From the UHGV virus genome UHGV-0135335: DNA of 24,559 bases; one strand, given 5' to 3'. Both the position numbers and the translations under genes were made by a program. Below are positions 18,153 to 24,559 of this stretch, in pieces. The stretch is from a virus. Below the pieces are notes generated by a model. That model saw nothing but the letters and a program-made list of their open reading frames with translations, made no database searches and was not told the DNA's origin. Each line of letters begins with the position of its first letter. The first letter of the stretch is position 1.

Positions 18153-19118
18153 ATGGCGAGTGGATTATTAATTGATTTAAATGATGGACGTCCTATGGCT
18201 ATTACCGCCGGACTCCGCGCCCCTGTATTCAGTACAGGGGTTGCGGGTGGGTATTATGGTGACGGAAACGAGGTTTCGTATATTGATACGCCTGGCTGGA
18301 ATGGAGGCTATGAATCGGTCTATATCCCCGTAGAAACCGTAGCCGCGTATGAAGTCGGAACGGACCTGTATCCCACGGTTGCCTATCTTACCAGCGTGAA
18401 TCAGGAATCAGGCCGCTTGCGTCTGACCTCCGGTTCAACCAGTGGGCGACCGCGCAGGCGAAATCTGTGGGCCGGTCAGGTCTGGTTTATCACGCCAGCC
18501 AGCCAGTCTGGTAACTCCGGGTTACTTATTCAGGATTCCACTGATTTCACCGTTATACCCACCAACGCCAACCTTGGAAGTTGTATATGGTATGGCGACG
18601 TTAATATAAACGGAGCCTGGAATATACCTGTTGATGGAATGGTATTCGCGTCCTGGGATAATCCCAGCGCGGTGTTATCACGGATGGGCAATACAATTTA
18701 TTGCACACTCGACCAGAATATTTATGAAGAAACCAGCGGGAATATTTGGGTACGCATTGCGATATTCGGGAATGCTGCCCCTTATGCCGGAACAGGGCTT
18801 AATTATTTCAACGCCGCAGGGCAATGCACTTTTTCAACTACCCGCAAACCTTTTGTGATTCAGGGCTTTTTCTACCCGTCGACTAACTGGCAGGGAATTG
18901 GCGGCATGGTCCCGCTCGGAACCTGTGGCTGGGCAGTACGGCCTGCCACCAACTCAACCAGCTGGAACATTGTCAGGATGAAAGGACTGATGATGTCAGG
19001 CGGCAACGTAAAGAGCGGTTTTGGCCGTATCGTCAGACGTGTTTCACGTCAGACCTTCGATATTCAGTCAGAGGGCGTATCGGGCGTAAAACTCCCCGTC
19101 ATCCCGAACTTTTATTAA
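18153..19118 (+). CDS. Hypothetical tail protein (Trp/Gly/Cys-containing; possible receptor-binding accessory)
   Basis: ORF between J and the tail fibre. The start is uncertain (GTG 18120 or ATG 18153) and neither has a strong SD. Confidence 0.5.
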   Translation: MASGLLIDLNDGRPMAITAGLRAPVFSTGVAGGYYGDGNEVSYIDTPGWNGGYESVYIPVETVAAYEVGTDLYPTVAYLTSVNQESGRLRLTSGSTSGRPRRRNLWAGQVWFITPASQSGNSGLLIQDSTDFTVIPTNANLGSCIWYGDVNINGAWNIPVDGMVFASWDNPSAVLSRMGNTIYCTLDQNIYEETSGNIWVRIAIFGNAAPYAGTGLNYFNAAGQCTFSTTRKPFVIQGFFYPSTNWQGIGGMVPLGTCGWAVRPATNSTSWNIVRMKGLMMSGGNVKSGFGRIVRRVSRQTFDIQSEGVSGVKLPVIPNFY

Positions 19119-19131
19119 TCAGGAGTAGGCA

Positions 19132-20454
19132 ATGTCTGCTGGAACTATTTCCATTCAAAATAATGCCGCGGCGGTGGCCGGCGATGGAACGGTATTTACC
19201 ACTGAATTATCCGCGGGTGATTTCATCGTTATTACCACAGGCGGGGTGACCTATACGCTGCCGGTGAAATCTATCGAGAGCGATACCGCACTGACTCTTG
19301 CCCAAAACTACAACGGCCCTGTGGTGACTGGCGCCGCATGGACGGCAATGCCGCGTGATACCCTGAACCGCATCAGTGCGCAGACTGCCGCAGATACATC
19401 GTATTTAGTTCGCCAGCGCGTTTTAGAGGTTGATAACTGGTATCAGCTGCTGGAAGTCAACGGCGATGTGACAATCAAAATGGCTGACGGTTCGAGCTAC
19501 ACTGGCCCCTCCTGGCTCAAGCTGATTGATGCCATGAACAACCCGACCTGGGCGCTGGCCAAAAGCAAAAACCTATCCGACCTGGAAGACCGCGATGAGG
19601 CATGGATGAATGTCCGCCCGACAGGCCCGACACCGCTGGCAGCGGCTCCTGTGGGTGAGGGGGACGCGGCGACAAAGGGATATGTTGATAATAAGAAAAT
19701 TGATATTGCGCACGGAGGAACCGGGGCGACGACAGAAGCGGGTGCCAGGGAAGCCTTAAAGCTATCATCAGCGGCAACAACTGAAATAGGGACCAGTGGT
19801 GCAAAACTTCCGCTTCTGAATGCAGCGAATACATGGGGCGCGACTCAAACTATAAAATCGCCAATAGTGGTCGCCGTCGATGGACCCGCCAGCCCGGCAT
19901 CAGGGCAGCTTATTAATAGTCCTGTGTTGAGAATGCGTGTTAACGGACGCGGTGCTAATGGCGATGCCCTTGGTGAAATTGGCGATATATTCATCCAGGA
20001 AAAAGTAGGTACATATGTCGCTTTAACATTTAATGTTAGCGCTTTTTCTGATAATAAATTCTGGAGCATGAATGCCTCAACGGGGGAAACCTTCTCGCCC
20101 CTTGGTGCTCTGGCAGTTCAGGGTTCGGACGTTCGTATCAAATACAATTTCACACCGCCAAAATTAGGGGCGTGGAAACGCGTAGAGGCAATCGGCATCT
20201 GCGAATATATGTATAACGGCAGCGCCATTCCGCAGCGTGGTTTTCTGGCACAACAGATGGGTGAAGTTGATGAGATGTATGTGTTCGAATCATCTGTCTC
20301 TACCGCGAAAGACGCGGACGGTAACGAATTCAACATTCTGAATGTCAATGACCGTGCTGTGATGGCGGATATGATTATCGTCATTCAGGCACTACAGCAG
20401 AAAGTTACGGCCCTGGAAGCACTGGTGGAGAAAATATCTTCAGGTAATAGTTGA
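19132..20454 (+). CDS. Tail fibre protein with C-terminal peptidase S74 intramolecular chaperone domain
   Basis: SD AGGAG then ATG 19132. The C-terminal 110 aa carry the S74 signature GSDVRIKYN ... GFLAQQMGEVDEMYVFES ... IIVIQALQQKVTALEALVEKI. Predicted catalytic Ser codon at 20125-20127. Confidence 0.75.
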   Translation: MSAGTISIQNNAAAVAGDGTVFTTELSAGDFIVITTGGVTYTLPVKSIESDTALTLAQNYNGPVVTGAAWTAMPRDTLNRISAQTAADTSYLVRQRVLEVDNWYQLLEVNGDVTIKMADGSSYTGPSWLKLIDAMNNPTWALAKSKNLSDLEDRDEAWMNVRPTGPTPLAAAPVGEGDAATKGYVDNKKIDIAHGGTGATTEAGAREALKLSSAATTEIGTSGAKLPLLNAANTWGATQTIKSPIVVAVDGPASPASGQLINSPVLRMRVNGRGANGDALGEIGDIFIQEKVGTYVALTFNVSAFSDNKFWSMNASTGETFSPLGALAVQGSDVRIKYNFTPPKLGAWKRVEAIGICEYMYNGSAIPQRGFLAQQMGEVDEMYVFESSVSTAKDADGNEFNILNVNDRAVMADMIIVIQALQQKVTALEALVEKISSGNS

Positions 20455-20484
20455 AAAAAAAACCGCCATGGAAGGCGGTTTTCT
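20454..20484. terminator. Bidirectional rho-independent terminator between convergent tail-fibre and sopB genes
   Basis: A-run, then CCGCC-atggaa-GGCGG stem, then T-run. Confidence 0.8.
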
Positions 20485-20490
20485 ATTAAA

Positions 20491-21672
20491 TCAAAGTATG
20501 TAGCGCTTGTTTATTTCATCGGCAATTTTCTTAATCCGCTCATTTTCAGTAGCTTCATCCTTCAGCACGGTTCTGGCGAACGGGATCAGGGCCAAAATTT
20601 CGTTGGCGGGAATATCGTATTCCAAGCCTGTAGCCGCAGCACGGATGTAGTTGGTCACATCATTAATTTCTAAAAATGCCTCATCCACTGCTTCACCAAC
20701 CGATTTTTGCTGCTCGGCCTGGTGAGCTTCCAGCAGTTCCTCAATCTTCTGTACTAACGCTGGCGGTACGTTGCTCAGTTGGAAGGATACAGAATCCCCC
20801 TTGTACTTCGCTTTTATCCCTTTACCAAACAGGCGTTCACGCATTGCAGGTTTTACTGGTTTTTGCGCCACCTGGTGTAGCTGGTCAAGAATGTCATCGG
20901 TTTCGAGCTGTTCACCAGCACGCTTACGCTTGGCCAGATGCTGAGCAAACGCAAACATCGCCTCTTCATTCTCGGCATAGGCTTTTGCCAGTGCCTCACC
21001 AGCTCGGGCGCTCAGTTCGTTAGGGTTACGGAACAGGCTAATAATTTCGCGTGGTAGCTCTGCCGTCTTCATGCAGCGGACGATAATTTTTCGGGAGATA
21101 TTCTCAGCTTCGGCCAGCTTGCTGACTGTACCGCCGAACTCATTGGCCAGACGGCGAGCATAGCGCTTTCCGCGCTCGTAAGAGCTGGTCTGCCGGTAGT
21201 CGTTCCCGATCTGTGATAGCCAGGCCATTTGTTCGTCGTCCAGCTCGCCGACGAGAACGCGGTATTCAGAGCTGGTGTAAATGGCTGTCTGGCGGCGGCG
21301 GCTACCGTCGGCCACTTCAATAATGCCAGAGATTTTACGGCCAAATGCTGGGTTCTGTTGCCCGGACGCGAGGAATGACGGGATCAGATCATCCAGCGCA
21401 TCTTTTGTCAGCAGTGCCTGGTCTCGTTCATTTCCGCCCCAGACCATGGTCGCCTTTTCCACCATGTTCGCATCGACGGTTTCCAGTTTGAACGACACAT
21501 CCCGCCCACAGACCGGAAGCGTGATATGGTTCCCGGTCATCCCGCGGACGCGTTCACTGAGGTTAGCCACCGCCGGCGCAGCTGGTTTATGCGCGTCATC
21601 ATGGCGTGGGACCGCGGTCACAGTGTCCAGATTGATTTGTGGTGCGTTTTTCATTACTGGTGCGCGTTTCAT
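20491..21672 (-). CDS. sopB: Partition protein SopB (ParB family)
   Basis: From MKRAPV the product aligns closely with F-plasmid SopB as recalled (LPVCGRDV, GNERDQ, DALDDLIPSF, ADGSRRR, YRVLVGELDDEQM, AENISRKII). ATG overlaps the sopA stop (ATGA). About 70 aa longer at the C-terminus than F SopB. Confidence 0.85.
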   Translation of the reverse strand: MKRAPVMKNAPQINLDTVTAVPRHDDAHKPAAPAVANLSERVRGMTGNHITLPVCGRDVSFKLETVDANMVEKATMVWGGNERDQALLTKDALDDLIPSFLASGQQNPAFGRKISGIIEVADGSRRRQTAIYTSSEYRVLVGELDDEQMAWLSQIGNDYRQTSSYERGKRYARRLANEFGGTVSKLAEAENISRKIIVRCMKTAELPREIISLFRNPNELSARAGEALAKAYAENEEAMFAFAQHLAKRKRAGEQLETDDILDQLHQVAQKPVKPAMRERLFGKGIKAKYKGDSVSFQLSNVPPALVQKIEELLEAHQAEQQKSVGEAVDEAFLEINDVTNYIRAAATGLEYDIPANEILALIPFARTVLKDEATENERIKKIADEINKRYIL

Positions 21673-22838
21673 TTGTTGTTCTCCCAGCGAGTAGCAATCA
21701 GGCGATCGTAAATTTCCCGGCAAACCGGCTCCCAGATAGCGACGGCATTGCGCCAGGCGGTAGGCGTGCTACGTTGGTTTGCAGCCTGCTCAAACACGGT
21801 GCGCATGCGTACCTGGCCTTTACCTACTTCGTCTGTTACGCGGACAACTTCCTTCAGCACCATGCCGCCCCAGGCGTTGCGGATCTGCTCATCCATCCAG
21901 GCAGATTGGTTGCCGACGGCTGTGCTGTATTTAGTTACCAGAACGCGGACATCAGGTTCAAAGCCGCCAAGGTCGACGTTGGCCATCAGGTCGCGAAGCA
22001 TCGTGAAGAACTGAAGAGAGGAAACGTAGTCGTACAGTTCAGCTGGTGTAGGCACAACGATCACATCAGCAGCGCATACGACGTTTATTGTGCCTATGCC
22101 GAGGTTTGGGGCGCTATCAATAACAATCAGGTCGTAGCTATCCCAGACAGACTCGATAGCGGCGCGCAGAAGCAGGTGAGATGCCACCGGCAAGCGACCT
22201 TCTTTCTCCAGTACCTCGATCTCTGATTCGATGCGGTGAATGGCCAGACAGGACGGGATGATATCGAGGTTCGGCCAGCAGGTTGGCTTAATCGCGTATT
22301 CAGCGTTATCACGTTCGCCCAGGTAGTACGGCAGCAGCGTATCTTCTGCGTGGATATGCAGATCAGGGACGTAGCCATGGTACAAACTGGCGGTTGCCTG
22401 TGGGTCAGTCGCATCAATCAGCAGAACGCGAAGGCCCTGCAGTGCAGCCCATTGCGCCATATGTACGCTGGTCGACGTTTTGTATGCGCCACCCTTATGC
22501 GCGGCAATAGCCAGTACAACCGGCGATTGGCCTTCAGGTCGAGACGGACGGGTACCAAAGTGATCGCGCATGGAGTTGATTTGCTCGATGGTATAGCCGG
22601 CACGTTGTGGAACGCGACCGCGAGTCACCATATCAGCCGGCGGCAGTCGCCCACCATCTTCTGCATTGCGAATAGATTGCGGTGTAACACCGATCAGCTC
22701 TGCCGCTTCAGTAATGCCCCAGCGGCGAGTGATGGCGCGAGACTCAGGGCTATCATCGCCAAATTGGGCCTGTGCGATAGCCATTGTCATGGCATGGCCA
22801 CGAGAAATCAGTTCATCCAAACGCGATTTTAAATTCAC
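21669..22838 (-). CDS. sopA: Partition ATPase SopA (ParA family, Walker-type)
   Basis: Aligns along its whole length with F SopA as recalled (AAHKGGAYKTSTSVH deviant Walker A, HAEDTLLPYYLGE, VIDSAPNLGIGTINVVCAADV, VFEQA). GTG start at 22838 is preceded by GGAGAG with a 7-nt spacer. The track ORF extends further, to TTG 22913. Confidence 0.85.
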   Translation of the reverse strand: MNLKSRLDELISRGHAMTMAIAQAQFGDDSPESRAITRRWGITEAAELIGVTPQSIRNAEDGGRLPPADMVTRGRVPQRAGYTIEQINSMRDHFGTRPSRPEGQSPVVLAIAAHKGGAYKTSTSVHMAQWAALQGLRVLLIDATDPQATASLYHGYVPDLHIHAEDTLLPYYLGERDNAEYAIKPTCWPNLDIIPSCLAIHRIESEIEVLEKEGRLPVASHLLLRAAIESVWDSYDLIVIDSAPNLGIGTINVVCAADVIVVPTPAELYDYVSSLQFFTMLRDLMANVDLGGFEPDVRVLVTKYSTAVGNQSAWMDEQIRNAWGGMVLKEVVRVTDEVGKGQVRMRTVFEQAANQRSTPTAWRNAVAIWEPVCREIYDRLIATRWENNK

Positions 22839-22856
22839 TTTCGTACTCTCCGGTAA

Positions 22857-22896
22857 CTTTGCGTAAAAACAGTAAAGCACCAAAAAAGACGCAAAG
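22857..22896. promoter_or_regulatory. Putative sopAB promoter/operator: CTTTGCGT ... ACGCAAAG inverted repeat
   Basis: 8-bp perfect inverted repeat with 24-bp spacing, 20-60 bp upstream of the sopA start. The CTTTGC hexamer is recalled as the SopA autoregulatory site in F. Confidence 0.45.
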
Positions 22897-22951
22897 CAAC
22901 ACAATTTATGCAAAATCCCTTAAAAAAAGATTTTCACAATGACAATCACAA

Positions 22952-22990
22952 CCGTACATCATACGGACAAAACATCCGTACAATGTACGG
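22952..22990. promoter_or_regulatory. Paired palindromes CCGTACAtcaTACGG and CCGTACA-A-TGTACGG (putative operator)
   Basis: Two inverted repeats sharing the CCGTACA half-site, 9 bp apart, in the sopA-TA intergenic region. Followed by the direct repeat TTGATTGA (22994-23001 and 23007-23014). Confidence 0.4.
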
Positions 22991-23232
22991 CTTTGATTGA
23001 CAAAAATTGATTGATGTGTGACCATATGAAGGTTGCAACGAGCTTCAAACATGTATTTAGTCAGTAAGCAATCTATTCATTCATTAGTTAAAGTATTGAT
23101 TTATTAAGAAAACAATAGAGGAATATTAAATGATCAGAGGAACAATCAATCGCGGGGCGGGCAGATACCGATGAACAAGATAAGGAGGCAACCCACTTAA
23201 AAACCAATGTTTGATTTTTGGAGATTTTGATT

Positions 23233-23553
23233 ATGAGAAACACCTACGTAAGTGGTGGTTCCGCAAACGTTGCTTTGGCCGGTGCCAAAGACACGCGCGT
23301 CGAGCTGCGAACCAGCGTCGACATAAAAGAGAAGTTACGAGCAGCCGCTTCTCTGGCTGGGGTAGACATGAGTTCGTTTATTTTGATGGCTGCTACACAG
23401 GCGGCACAGCGCGCTATTGATGCAGAACGCATGCGCGTAGTGACCGCAAGCGAGTGGGCACAACTAAATGAAATCCTGAATACCCCTCATCAGCCAGGCG
23501 ATAAGCTGCGAAACCTGATGACGAGGGAACCTAGGTATGAACGAAAGTACTGA
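23233..23553 (+). CDS. Type II antitoxin, DUF1778 / TacA-like (ribbon-helix-helix)
   Basis: 106-aa product with the usual DUF1778 pattern (LR.S...EKL..AA...G...S.FIL.AA). GGAG then ATG 23233. Overlaps the downstream GNAT gene by 17 nt. Confidence 0.7.
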   Translation: MRNTYVSGGSANVALAGAKDTRVELRTSVDIKEKLRAAASLAGVDMSSFILMAATQAAQRAIDAERMRVVTASEWAQLNEILNTPHQPGDKLRNLMTREPRYERKY

Positions 23554-24091
23554 TGTAAAAATGCAGTTGGTGAAGTGCGGCCCAGAAACAGAAATGAAAG
23601 GGGTAAAAGCCTTCGACTGCGGGGATAGTGTAATTAACAAGTTCGTCCCACAGCTAAAGCGGCAGTGTGGTCGTGACAACATCAACGCATTATTACTGCT
23701 TGATGGGGATAAAAACTTAGTAGGTTTTGCCACGGCCACGCTTTATCAGCTGGGGCGGGAGAGCATCCCGGAAGACACTTATCCGTACGCGCTTCCGCCT
23801 GCAATAGCGGTGATGAAAATCCCCATGATTGCCATCGATAAAAAACTACAAAGGCAAGGCTGGGGGCACGATATTTTACGTGCAATTCTTGATTACAGCG
23901 TCGAAAGCGCTGATTTAGTGAGGGGCATCAAAGGGGTTTACCTCGATGCAAAAATAGAGGCTCGATCGTTTTATGAGAGCTTCGAATTTAGGGCTACCAG
24001 CGAAAGTGTTAGCGAGCATGGCACTATCCCAATGCTTATCCCTATGGATATCCTCCGCGAGAGTCAGAAGAGCTGGGAGCAGTCTGCATAA
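23537..24091 (+). CDS. GNAT-family acetyltransferase toxin (TacT/KacT/AtaT-like)
   Basis: 184 aa with an acetyl-CoA-binding-like segment IAIDKKLQRQGWGHDILRAIL. Gene order is antitoxin then overlapping toxin. Confidence 0.7.
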   Translation: MNESTDVKMQLVKCGPETEMKGVKAFDCGDSVINKFVPQLKRQCGRDNINALLLLDGDKNLVGFATATLYQLGRESIPEDTYPYALPPAIAVMKIPMIAIDKKLQRQGWGHDILRAILDYSVESADLVRGIKGVYLDAKIEARSFYESFEFRATSESVSEHGTIPMLIPMDILRESQKSWEQSA

Positions 24092-24121
24092 AAGCGGCTG
24101 ACGCAAAAGCCAGGAATTAAC

Positions 24122-24149
24122 GAAAGAGCCACCTTTGGGTGGCTCTTTC
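24122..24149 (+). terminator. Strong hairpin after toxin gene (terminator-like)
   Basis: GAAAGAGCCACC-tttg-GGTGGCTCTTTC, a 12-bp perfect stem. The T-tract lies partly within the stem. Confidence 0.5.
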
Positions 24150-24261
24150 GGTTCTGGGTAGCCAAATACAACGTACAGCGCGAAGCGCTGTGGAAGCATA
24201 AGATAAATCAAAACAGCACCAAAAGGTGCAATGTTGATATGAGTGGCTAAAAGCGACAATA

Positions 24262-24526
24262 CGTAACATTATGTTTTTAAATAAAAATAATTGAATATCA
24301 CATAAACTTAGTTAAGCGAATTGGCCATCATAACACGCTGATTCAATATCCTCTTTTATTCATTCAATATCGGCTGGAAATACGCCGTCATTAACGTAAC
24401 ATAATACAAATATGAAATAGTGATATTTCAGAATTCAATAACACTTCATATTATTGCATTAAAAAACCCGTCATCTCGCCGCACAACAATCATCGTAACA
24501 AATAATAAATAAATAACATCGTAACA
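24262..24526. repeat. AT-rich non-coding region with CGTAACA x4, CATCGTAACA x2, ATTCAATATC x2 and palindrome TGAAATA-gtga-TATTTCA
   Basis: Direct reading: CGTAACA at 24262, 24395, 24494 and 24520; ATTCAATATC at 24341 and 24363; palindrome at 24413-24430. No ORF of 60 aa or more. Confidence 0.5.
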
Positions 24527-24559
24527 CATTATAAATATCGACACATCATACTAATATCG

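Larger units (their letters stand above)
1..24559. mobile_element. Segment of an N15-like temperate siphovirus / phage-plasmid: late structural operon plus sopAB partition and toxin-antitoxin modules
   Basis: Contiguous co-oriented head and tail genes with recognisable HK97/lambda-type products, convergent sopB-sopA, a TA pair, and dispersed SopB-type palindromes. No integrase is seen in the window. Confidence 0.8.

Noticed and set aside
21281-22832. Plus-strand ORFs of 137, 195 and 198 aa across sopB and sopA
   Set aside because: Antisense to the sop genes, which have strong full-length similarity to F SopA/SopB.
22839-22913. Longer SopA N-terminus from TTG 22913, as in the ORF track
   Set aside because: The extension is hydrophobic and unlike SopA, lacks an SD, and would bury the CTTTGC operator inverted repeat inside coding sequence. 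GTG 22838 with GGAGAG fits better.
22952-22990. Telomere resolution site (telRL) candidate
   Set aside because: The palindromes are short (15 bp) and lack the long perfect palindrome with a CG-rich centre that I recall for N15-type sites. More likely an operator.
23130-23174. 14-codon mini-ORF (MIRGTINRGAGRYR) with GAGG upstream in the sopA-TA intergenic region
   Set aside because: Too short to call from sequence alone, with no supporting feature.
1-24559. CRISPR arrays, tRNA/rRNA genes, integrase or transposase
   Set aside because: No regularly spaced direct repeats, no cloverleaf-like conserved tRNA segments noticed, and no ORF with integrase or transposase character.

Overview
This window reads as about 24.5 kb of a temperate siphovirus that also carries plasmid-maintenance functions, most consistent with an N15/phiKO2-type phage-plasmid from an enterobacterial host. 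All calls rest on reading the translated ORFs and the DNA by eye; no search was run. Positions 138-20454 form a + strand late operon with an HK97-type head module (small and large terminase, portal, S49-type protease, major capsid, connector, head closure) followed by a lambda-type tail module (major tail, G/GT chaperone with -1 frameshift, tape measure, M, L, K, I, J, a tail fibre with a C-terminal S74 chaperone domain). Immediately downstream and convergent is a sopB-sopA (ParB/ParA) partition operon, then a DUF1778-antitoxin/GNAT-toxin addiction module, then an AT-rich repeat-laden non-coding stretch at the window end. The most notable signal is a 16-bp palindrome TGGGACC-NN-GGTCCCA present three times exactly (574, 6269, 12787) and once with one mismatch (16765), scattered through the structural genes. 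From memory it matches the SopB-binding core of F sopC, which would make it a dispersed centromere as described for N15. No integrase, tRNA, rRNA or CRISPR array is visible. A low-GC lipoprotein moron sits between tail genes M and L.
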